Below, piece by piece: positions 1 to 10,153 of a stretch of DNA of 64,000 nucleotides; position 1 is the first letter of the stretch, and each line of letters begins with the position of its first letter. Location: NCBI RefSeq assembly GCF_000315625.1, contig NW_005434620.1, positions 207,694 to 271,693 on the forward strand, read 5' to 3'. Under the pieces are notes generated by a model that had not been told where the DNA came from, made no database searches, and worked only from the letters and a program-made list of their open reading frames with translations. Source of the stretch: Guillardia theta CCMP2712. Lineage: Eukaryota; Protista; Cryptophyta. Made by a program: the position numbers and the translations under genes.

Positions 1-148
1 GTAGGCATGGTTTCGTCTTTGCTGCACCGATGTAGTTTGCACCACGGATCACTTTAGAGTTGTAAAGGCCTCGCTTCAAGGTCCCGTACACAAACACTAG
101 GTTGAACGCATTCATGGCGTTAGCTACCAGACCACCATTGCAAATCAT
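1..148 (-). CDS. gamma-glutamylcyclotransferase / AIG2-like (GGACT family) protein, 5' part, runs off window
   Basis: Manual minus-strand translation MICNGGLVANAMNAFNLVFVYGTLKRGLYNSKVIRGANYIGAAKTKP contains the VFVYGTLKRG family signature; alternative ATG at 115. Confidence 0.75.
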   Translation of the reverse strand, partial: MICNGGLVANAMNAFNLVFVYGTLKRGLYNSKVIRGANYIGAAKTKPCL

Positions 149-499
149 CTCGATGCCTTTTTTCTGTTGATGTAGATGTCACTGAGTAGATAACTTGTCT
201 TGCTTGTCTGTCTGTTTTCCCTCTCTTGCTCTCTATCTCTCCTCTTGTTTCGTCTTGTTGACGGCGCGCTCCTCAGATTGTTATCTTGATGTGGTGGAAC
301 TTGCGGATCGACAGGGGACGACCTTTCTTGAAATAACCTCGCACTCTTTCTCCAGTTGGCGGGATAATTTCAATGTACAATAGAGTTTTCACGCCAACTG
401 TGAAAACAAATCTAATTCCATCCCCTTTTGTCGTCTCCTGCAGTACTGTTCAATGATTCTTACACGACAACTTGAAGTTGGCATGTAAAGAACCAGTAT

Positions 500-870
500 G
501 AATCTTCAAAATTACGCCAACGTTGATAGCCCCTATCTCTTTTTTTCCTCGAACACCAGCATGCACAGGTCAACAGTTGACCCACCCTCAAATCACCCCA
601 GGATTTTCCCCACCCCCCTATGCACCTCCCACTACCCCGTATTGTGGTCCCCACATCCAACGTACCGCCCCCTGATACGAGACCATGATACAATTAAGGG
701 TTCATTCGATTAAATACACACCTTCTGCCCAATGGTACGTAAAGGTTCTAACAGGCAACAACCCCTACCCCCATGGATGCCTTTGAGCTAGACCGCCCCA
801 TCAAGGCAAAGGTACGAAATGGGTACCCCACCCCCTTGCCCCTTGAAGTCCCCCAGAGCCTTGGGAAGGA
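500..870. other. TACCCC/GGGGTA-rich intergenic block (followed by AT-rich 880-1100 and CCGG-rich ~1730-1790)
   Basis: Repeated tacccc/caccccc motifs, gggtacccc; lies between divergent genes. Confidence 0.6.
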
Positions 871-2560
871 TGGGGAATCAAGGGAAAATACATTTAAATA
901 TTGCTATATAATAACGGTACGAGGATAGTAGAGGATCAATACAAATCAATTATGATTATCCAAAGTGTATATGAACACACAATATTTTTCGTAGATTTCG
1001 TTACAAAATGTCTCAAATATCTAATTATTAAAAAGTGATTTTTGGTACAAACTTTACTATATTGAATCACTTTATAAATTATAAAAATATTTTTTCTACG
1101 AGTGAAAGCGAGTGGTACAGCCGTGGTACAGATTGCTGGAGACGTGCATCTCTAAATGCGGATGGAGGATTGATATAGGCCACACTACCGGTACAAAGTC
1201 CAAATTTCTGCTTATAATCGGTCCGGGTGGGGTGGTCACCATGGCCCAACATAGAATTGACGGGACAGGAGTGAACCTTTGTCGTCACTTTCCAAATATA
1301 CAGATAAATTTTGAATTCTACCGAAAATATCGCAAATATTTAGCAGGTAGAGTGGGTCAACACTCCAAGGTTTCAAAAGCTGAAAACTCGTAGCTCTTGA
1401 GAATCGAGTCCTTTGATCAAAGGCTACAAGATTAGAGCCTTCCATCCTCCCACGTATCGGCTTACTTCCGGCGTGTCATCAAGACTCCAACCGTTGAGTT
1501 ACAGAGTCCCAAGTCATTGCTTTACTTCGGCTCCAGTTTGACCACATTTTGACCAAATTTTTGACCTCCCAGCTGACCAGCAATCTTGGTACACCTGGAG
1601 ATTTGACAGGTTTTGACCGCTAGTTGACTGATCTGCAGGCTTCAAGCTCGGTTGACGCACGGTTCCGATCACGGCCGCAGTTAACTTAAAAAATTGTCCT
1701 CCCTGATTTGAGTGAATGGCAACCCACGGGATGGCCGGAGCCGGCCCAGCCCGGGGCAAAGGCTAACCTCGTCATTGAGGCGGGCCGGTAATATTTTGAG
1801 TTAAATATTTGAAGTTGAGTAAAGAATCACGACGAAGAGACAACGACATGCTCTGGGGCTGGAGGGAGAAAGAAACGGACAGAGGAGAGAACGCGAGGGA
1901 GGGCGAGGAGAGGAGGATGAAGATCAAGTTGTAGAGAAGAAAGATGCACGATATATGGGTGGAAAGAGAATGGTGAAGGAGGGCTCCGAGGGCATGGAGG
2001 GAGAGATAAAGAAAAGAGAAGCCCAGGAATCAACATGGAGGGGCGAAGGTATAAACGATTGAAAGGTGAAATAAGGAAAGGTAAAGGAGAGAAAATGAGA
2101 ATCACAAGGACGAGATGAGGGAAGAGTGGAGGATCAGAGAAAGGTACACGATGAAAAGCGGATGAAAATTAGCTGGCGGGGCTTCGTGGTTGCGAGGAGT
2201 AATGGTATGTAGGATAATGCTATTTCGGAGAAGATATGAACAATGCCAGAGAGAGAGATATTGCGTGGAAGAGACCGATTATCAGGGAGAGAAGGAGCAC
2301 CTGGTAGCAAGATAGAGAACTGGGGAAAGGTTCATGGCATGGATGTGCTATAATAGCTGATGTATGAGAAATAGCTGGTACATGAGGGGAGGAGCTGCTG
2401 TATGAGAGCTTCTTGTGACGTCATACCGCAAGTGTGACGAGTAGACTTATACGAAGCGATGCCGCACGTGGAGTGCAAGAGCGATTTTTTCAACACAAAA
2501 GCACTGATAATGATTCATCCAGCTAGATCAGCCCTGCATCGGTCGCTCAGGCCTCAGACC

Positions 2561-3615
2561 ATGGTTGCTAACCGAGGTAGACGTTTTGTGTGGCAGCCTC
2601 CATCATCAAGGCTGACGGGCCCCCGCAGGAACCTTCATGTTTCTCGGGGACAGCAGCAGCAACCTTCGGGCTGTAAGGATTGCGGTCTTGTTCTCATGTA
2701 TGGCAGCCGCTCTCGTACTGGTCACGCTCGGGGGCAGGGATCCCGTCTTCCTTGAGAACGGTATAGACGAGGATATGAAGACGGCCGTGGACAAAATCAT
2801 GGCACGCCCAACAGAAGAAGATAACAGCGCCAAGACCGTCGCAACGCATGAAGCAAGAGCTGTGAAAGGCGACTTGATGATGGAAAGGGATCTGATCAAG
2901 CACATGAAGGTGAAGGCAAGTGCTATGGTCTCCTGAACTCACTCGCCTGCTCTCTGCAGATGGTTCGCGCACAACTGGTGAATGGAGAGCCCATGGGCAC
3001 GAAAGACATCGAATCTCAAATCAAGTTTCTCAAGGAGGATATCGACTTCCTCCTTCTCAACCCTGAGTCTGCGGGGTATACCAAGATCCCGTATGACAGC
3101 AGGAAACGAAGGCTGGAGCTTGCGCAGCGGATAAAATCACTTGTCGACTACTTGCAGTATCGTCTCGTCACCGAGCATGGGTGCAGCATTCACGCTGTTC
3201 TCAACGATGGGAGGTGCATGCCTGACCCTCTGCCCAACAAGCTGCAGGGAGACTGGGAGCAAGAAATGTACGGCAACTCCTATCGTGCGTATCAGCCCTA
3301 CTACTACGCTCAAGGGCTCGCGAATGGAGCGTACCCTGGAGGATTGGCAGGAGGAGGAGGAGGAGGAAGCACAACCAAGACTGTGGGCACGGAGATCAAG
3401 GCTAATGGCAAGAATAGGTGAGCTCCGGCCCTGTCTTGCCTCTCAAGTTTCTGACGCTTCGAACGTACAGCCGCAACGACTTTGTCATTTTTGGTGGGCC
3501 TGTCAGCGTGAAGTTTCCTGCTCCTGCTCCTGCGTACACTACCATTGTCTCAGGGATGCCGGGAGGGCAACCCATGGGCTCGCTGCTGCAGCCAGGGCCT
3601 GGCATTGGGCGGTGA
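2561..3615 (+). CDS. hypothetical type II (single N-terminal TM) membrane/secreted protein, 4 exons
   Basis: Exons 2561-2576, 2629-2909, 2960-3417, 3471-3615 join in frame across GT-AG introns; MVANRGTFMFLG...IAVLFSCMAAALVLVTLGG hydrophobic segment; Gly/Pro-rich C-terminus. Confidence 0.7.
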
Positions 3616-3812
3616 AAGTGTGGGAGTACTGTAGAGTAAACTGTTTGAACCCGGCAGCCTTCCCGCAGAGTGAAAGCAACTATCATGGCATGACAGCAGG
3701 GTCTGTCTCTGCAAGTGTTCACACTACTGTTACCGCCTCAACAACTGAACTGTGGCCCGGCCGTTGAACGTCAGTGACGCGGTGCATCACCCTGAAGTCG
3801 GATTCGGCTAAG

Positions 3813-3886
3813 CAAGCTTCTGATTCGACTAACCAAGCTTCTGATTCGACTAACCAAGCTTCTGATTCGACTAACCAAGCTTCTGA
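3813..3886. repeat. 21-bp tandem repeat (CAAGCTTCTGATTCGACTAAC) x ~3.5
   Basis: Direct reading; degenerate extra copy just upstream. Confidence 0.9.
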
Positions 3887-4061
3887 GTAACTTGAAAGAC
3901 TGAGAGAGCCATCACTGTCAAGAAAGTGCCCTGGCATTGTCCATGTTTTTACTGGGTTCGAGAATCCTGCCATTAGTTTGCAAAAGTTTATTACTAAATT
4001 AGATGAACCCTTACTTGCTTTGCCGCCCCAGCTGCAAGCCACTGATGGAAATCAATTCACG

Positions 4062-6156
4062 TCAGTTGTTCTCCCTTTTCGATGCCCAAAGTTGTGACTT
4101 CTCCCTTCCTTTCTTTCCGTCAGTTCTCCAGGGAATTCTCATCAAGTCAGGGAGCTCCTGACTGGCTTCAACGCCACACCTGATCGCCTGCTCCTGCTGC
4201 TGACTAGAGAACTCGGAAGAGCGATTCTCTTGCGGTTGAAAGCCACTCGAGCCGCAGGGAAGGTACTTCTTTGCCAGCTCTCGAAAGGAGGAAGAAACCC
4301 AGCCGTCTACTCGAGCTTTAACATGGAAAAGTTTCATCTTCATCCTGCCGATCCCCCGAGGAACGCGAAACCGGGCGCAGCGAGTCGTAAAGATGGCGTA
4401 TGGCAAGATGAAGTCACAAGAAACAACAATGAAGACGGGGGCAAAGGTCTTTGTGAGGGCAAGGTCAACCAGAATCTTTGTTGAGGAGTAGGTAAACCAA
4501 GTGCCGATGATGATGCCACCAAAGAGCCAAAACACGACCAGCCCGACTCCTATGAAGAAGAGAGAAACTCCGGTAACGTACAGGAGCACCGCGATGCAGC
4601 CTGTGCAACCCTCTTTCCTCCTCTTTCTCCTCCTTGTCCGAGTTCCGGCTGCACATCATGACGAAAAGAGGCCACCAGCCATAGAAGGAACTCCGTATGG
4701 TATCCCTGCGATAGACCACTTGTGCCAGCACGCGGCCAACCGTGAGGTGACCGGGAGATCGCTCTGCAGCTCGTAGCAGTGCGGTGTGATCTCCATCGAG
4801 GTCAGAGGAAGCAGGACAAGCGACTGCTGACTCGAAAGAGCTGTTGAGATGACAAGGAAGGAAATTTTGCGCTTCAGCCATGTCCATTTCGTCTCGAAGC
4901 ATCCTTTCTGTTTAGTATCGACGGTTCGGGGCTGCTGACTGCAATCGCGGTCTCTTGTCTTGGCTGCACCATAGCTCTGACACCAGGAATAACACCACCA
5001 GCGCTGTAAGACTGTTGCTCCTCCTCCTCCTCCTCCTCCTCCTCCTTCTCTCCCTCCTCCTCCTCCTTCTCTCCCTCCTCTCCCTCCTCCTCTCCCTCCT
5101 CCTCTCCCTCCTCCTCTCCCTCCTCCTCCTCCTCGCCACCTTCAACAGGAGAGGTGTTGTTTTCAACGACAGGTTCACTCCTGATGGTATCCGGCAAAAT
5201 TCTTGAAGTGATATGCTCTTCTCCTTTTAACTCACTTTCAAGATTCGCATCCTTCATCATCATGTAAAAGGAAATGCAGGCCCAAATGATCAATCCCAGG
5301 CCAACGCTCAACTTGGACGAGATGTTCTCGTATGAGCTCTCATCTCCAAGAATACTGGTCGTGAATTCATAAATGCCAAACTTGCACAATGCCTCCTGCC
5401 CGATGTAGCTGAGCGAGCTATGTGGGGCACAAGTTCGATTATATTGATAGTCATCTTTTGACAACAGCCATACGAGACGGTCAGGGTTGTCACTGACATA
5501 GTATGCCTTCATCACCCTAGCCTCCGACGATGTCAGGAACCAGTTGAACCTTGCGCTCATGAACGCCATATTATAAACGATCCAGAGCATCGGGAGCAAG
5601 CACTTGCCGATGAAACGGATATCTCCTTGATCGACCGTACAGTTCTGCAAGACGATGGTGATGAAGAGTATGAAGAAATGGAACGTAAAAGCGAATTTGA
5701 AAATGGTAGAGGATAGACCGTTCTGCATGAACCAGGACTTCTGGTCATGATTTTCAGGCCTCGGATCTTGGCTATCCGAGTTATTGCGTTGAATGCAACC
5801 GGTATCGTTGACCATCTGATCTTGCAAGCAAGGGAAGCAAACTGATCGATGAGAGGTGTTGGTTGAAAATTCCCCGGGGGGCATGGTGTGCAGCAGTAGT
5901 CGAGCATCGCAATCTTGCATGAGCTTGTTGTACAATTGGCTCCGCTGCGGGACGTCGCCGTACAGTTTGAGCCAATGCAACAAGTCGAGTACCCCTTGTC
6001 TGTCGAGCAGGGGCGATTTTCCATGTCGCAACAGCTGGTACACATCGATTGGTTGAGAATCTTGTCCTTACCACAAATGCGATCACCTTGCACTGAGCTT
6101 GTGATGAGAAAGGAGAGAATACAAGTGCTGCACAGCTTGGAATGTATGAACAACAT
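4062..6156 (-). pseudogene. signal peptide + Cys-rich (GCC2/GCC3, ephrin-receptor-like repeat) ectodomain + multi-TM protein, interrupted by a frameshift and an in-frame TGA
   Basis: ORF 5557-6156 N-terminus ...CCTPCPPG joins ORF 4874-6043 EFSTNTSHRSVCFPC only through a -1 shift at C6G4 (5872-5881); GAG-repeat intron 5139-5012 joins the frame of ORF 4062-4589, which has TGA at 4656-4658. Confidence 0.55.
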
Positions 6157-6553
6157 CTCAACGTCTTTGCCTCAAACAATTCAGACTACAACTGTGCTGG
6201 AACAAGCGAGGTCCTCGAGGAGAGGAGGCTGGGACAGAGGACGCCAGAGGTCTAGTCAAGAAGCCACCCTCCACCCTACCCCTGCCAAGGCCAGAGTCAA
6301 CATGTCCAGAGACCCGGTACTCAGCACTGCTGGACATTCGGAGGCCGCCGCTGCGCGGCCGCGGCCCCGCGGGGGTCCGACGGTCACGGGTCCGACCGTC
6401 GGCGCGACGAAGCCTTGAAGCCTTTGCGGCCTACTTGCGGCGGGCGGCCCGGCGCGGCACGATGTGAAAATCGCGGCTCAAAGTTAAGTCAACCCCCCGG
6501 CGAGTCAAATAAAATGCTGGACCGTACTGCACCAAGATTCGAAGAGACAAGAC

Positions 6554-7250
6554 TGATGGAACGTATGTCAGCCGTGCCATCAGATAGCGCCGAGTTAACA
6601 AAAACTCTCCTGTAAACCAAGACGACTTACGTGTTTCAAGGCGGCATGTAGCGTGTGGACGAAGAGGGGGCTTTCCTAGCCGTCTTGCTAAGGTCCTCTC
6701 ATGTCTGGATGCTTGGGTTTCACATCCTAGTATACAGTCTATCTCTCATGTGCTCCTCAATTCTGGTTTTGTGTGCATTAAACTCGGTCTTGAGCAAAAA
6801 CTGCCAGGCTTGTTTCAATAAGGTTGATGTGATATCTGCGTTACTTTTGGCATAGTACAAGTCTAACAAACTTGTATTCCGTCAAAGACCGTACGGAAAC
6901 ACTGTCGAGTCACTGAGAGTCCAATCGGATCGCACCCCGGAAGTTCAAGGTGCCGCGCCTCCATTGTATTTCCAACTCGGCCGGTAGTGTTAGTTGTAAC
7001 AAGACAGTTTTTGCTCAAGACCGAGTTTAATGCACACAAATCCAGAATTGAGGAGCACATGAGAGATAGACTGTATGCTAGGATGCCAGTGAAACCCAAG
7101 CATCCAGACATGTGCAAGACGGCTAGGAAAGCCCCCTCTTCGTCCCACACGCTACATTGGCCGCCTTGACACGTCAGTCGTCTTGGTTTACAGGAGAGTT
7201 TTTGTTAACTCGGCGCTATCTGACTGGCACGGCTGGCATACGTTCCATCA
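6554..7250. repeat. long inverted repeat: arms 6554-6803 and 7005-7250, ~200-bp spacer (foldback/MITE-like or hairpin RNA)
   Basis: Arm 1 TGATGGAACGTATG...GAGCAAAAACTG is the reverse complement of arm 2 CAGTTTTTGCTC...CATACGTTCCATCA with few substitutions and small indels. Confidence 0.9.
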
Positions 7251-7630
7251 ACGCCGGCGTGCGCGCGGCGGCCCGGCCGCCGGGGCCGGGGCCGCCGGCC
7301 AGGGCGGCGGCGCCCTGGGTCAAGATGGGGATGAGGCTTCAGTTACATTCATCGCGTGACTCTCCTACCCCCTACCCCTTGACTTCTGGTACCCTACCCC
7401 CTTCAATAGCTGACAACTTCATAGGTTAGTACCCCTACCTGTGTCATAATCAATACATCCTACGTCAGTTCAGTAAACCCCTACCATACCCAATGCCACC
7501 TGAGATTATGTACCCCCACCCACCAAAAAGTACCTTCACCCAATATTCCTATTATATTTGCTCTAGTGGTACCCCTTATATATTCACCCTCACCCCTTCT
7601 GGAGATACCCCCACCCCCCAATTTGTATTG
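7250..7630. other. CCGG-rich then TACCCC-rich intergenic block
   Basis: ggcccggccgccggggccgggg followed by cctaccccctacccc, ggtaccc repeats. Confidence 0.6.
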
Positions 7631-8084
7631 TACCAGCTGTCTTCCTCTTGCAGGGCTCATGCAGAGGAGCGAGGAGGAGGCGGGGGAGGTGGGGGGTAGG
7701 GAAAGTGCGAGGAATGCAGGAAGCGAAGGCGGAGGAATGGAACGAAGATGGTGGAGGAAGAAGACTCTGCAAGACTGTATTGAAGAGACAGAGAAGAACA
7801 TACCTAATTCACAGCTGAGGAGAAATGCTGTTGTATGCATGCCCGCACGATTGGAAAGGATGGGAATTTTGCAAGGCTTCATTTTCTGAATTTGCAGGAA
7901 AAACATTTTGATGAGACATTGAAGTAGTTTTGGAAAAAAATGATAAGATACGATAAGAGCGCAACAATGATTGTCCAGTTTTGCGCAAACTGAAAGTTTT
8001 CATGTTTAGTGGAATGTGCAGAAAAGGGAAATTGAAGACACACAATTTACATGGTCTTTAGTTTCATTTCAGGGGAATTATTGA

Positions 8085-9870
8085 ATGAGCACAGATGATA
8101 AAGTCTTGCCACCTATTTCGTATCTCGTGAAATCGGAACAAGAATTTGACTCTTTGGTGAAGGCAGAAAAAGAACGATGCCTGACGAAGACCCAAACAAA
8201 CAGATTCCACGTATCTTCGTGGGAGGTTGAATCTTGTAGCATGAAAGAAATTTACGCTGACGAATGTGCGAAGGTATGGCCCACGGTCGAGATCCTCAGA
8301 AACCTGTGAACGAGGAGATGATTCGAACAGTTTTTGGCAAGTTCGGAGAAATCGTCACCATCAAGACAGGTTTCTGACTTTTAGTTCTGTCGTGTTGCCT
8401 TGTGACACTGTCGAACAGGCATGAAGGATTTCGTGTTCATCGACTACAAGGACCATGAGAGTTGTCAGCGAGCAATCGAGACAATGCATCAGAAACCCTT
8501 CGATGAGGACTCGTCGGGCCCGATGAAGGTAGGAGGGGGTGAGTTGGGAACGACAGGGTGTGAAGATGCTTGTGTGCAGGTTCAATATGCTGAGCCGAGA
8601 CGCGAGCGCCGCGCGGACACTCGGAGGTTTGAAAGGCGTTCTCGCTCCCCGGGAGGACGGGGAAATTTCATCCGACGTCCTACCCCTCCGCCGTTGGAAC
8701 GTCCGAGAATGCCGGAGGGATATCCTCAAGACCGCCCCCGACATTATGAGGATTTCCCACCAGAACGTGAGTGGATGGATAGGCCAAGGTCCAGGTCCAG
8801 GTCTGGGCGTTTCGACCCTCGGAACGATTACAATCGCCCGCTCCGAAGCCGATCTCGCTCCCCCGGCCCTCCTCCAAGTGCCTACAACGACAGGTACATG
8901 GATCGTCGCCACGAGCATCATGGCCAGTATCGCAATGGAGGGGATCACGGATACAACCGAGACATGCCCCGTGACCCGACGATGCGTCATCCGGGCGATA
9001 TGAGAGGTTCCGACCGCGATTACGGTCGTCAGCCAATGTATGCATATCGACTTGTGCTCGCCGCTTGCTTTGGTATTGAAGCTCATTGGTGTTTGCAGGC
9101 CTGATGGAAGGTATCAACAGCATGGAAGGGGAATGCCGGATAGAGGATATGACCGTCAAGCTCCAAGGGAACCATACAATGCTGGCCGTGATGACCGTTA
9201 CGATCGAAGGCAACCTTATCCCAGAGACGATCGATACGACAGAATGCAGCCTCGCCGGGAGGATCGACCCAATGGAGGCCCCAACGGCCCAGGAGGATAC
9301 GATCCAAGAGCTGCTCCTCGGAACGATCAATTCCGAGGGAACCCGCGACGCCCCCCCTCCCCGGCTAGGCCACCGGCTGGAGGGCGGAGCAGGAGCAGAG
9401 AGCCGATGGAAAACACTTCCGTCAGGAGGGATGACTACGGGCAGTATGACATGAGGGGAGCTCGAGACAACGCATATGATAGACCAGTGGACCCAAATGC
9501 TCGGTACGGCATGGACAGGCCTGATGGAGGGAACTACGATCAACCAGGTCGAGGAGGGCGTCCTGAGCCGGAGAACTTTCCGCAGCGATACGATCAACAG
9601 CCTGGAGGAGGAGACATGAGAGGCTACGGCAGGGATGCCCCCATGGATAAGTTCTCTTCCTACGGGAACGGCCCCAACGATGACGACCGAGGCCTGCCGC
9701 CGAATGAGCAGTCGAGGAGGAGGCAGCGCGAGGAACGCTTCTCGTCCAACAACCCGGGGGAACAGGTCCAGCTCCTGATGATGATCGACGTTGTCTTACC
9801 CTTCCTGCAGGATGCTCCTAGAGACCAAGGACGGGCCGCAGCGTCTGACTTTGATGATGGAGACATGTGA
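8085..9870 (+). CDS. SR-like RNA-binding protein (one RRM + RS/RD/RG-rich low-complexity tail)
   Basis: Spliced RRM IPRIFVGG (RNP2)...FGKFGEI...KDFVFIDY (RNP1)...MKVQYA, then RSRSP/RSRSRS and YD/RDD repeats; start codon uncertain. Confidence 0.85.
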
Positions 9871-10153
9871 AACTGCACACGAATGGCAGGGGCACAAGCA
9901 CCCCGTGGTAGATGAATGGCACATGGTTAAGGTGACAGATCGTAAGGAGAGGTAGGAGTTGACTTCTTGAGTACGAGTATGCACACCGGACAACGAAGCA
10001 GCAGGAAAAGATTGGAATTTAAGGAAAGAAAGAAAGAAAGATGAATTCTGCTTGCACTCCTTGTCAGGCTGCGACAGTGGCTTGCTTGAGGGAGAATGAG
10101 TCTGTTGAACATTCACATGTTTTCACTAACATCACTTTAGAAACATCGCTAGA

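Noticed and set aside
4656-4658. Selenocysteine at the in-frame TGA
   Set aside because: No recognisable selenoprotein context or SECIS, and the gene has another lesion
6987-7169. Protein-coding ORFs in the inverted-repeat arms
   Set aside because: Short, frame broken by indels between the arms, no transposase or other motif
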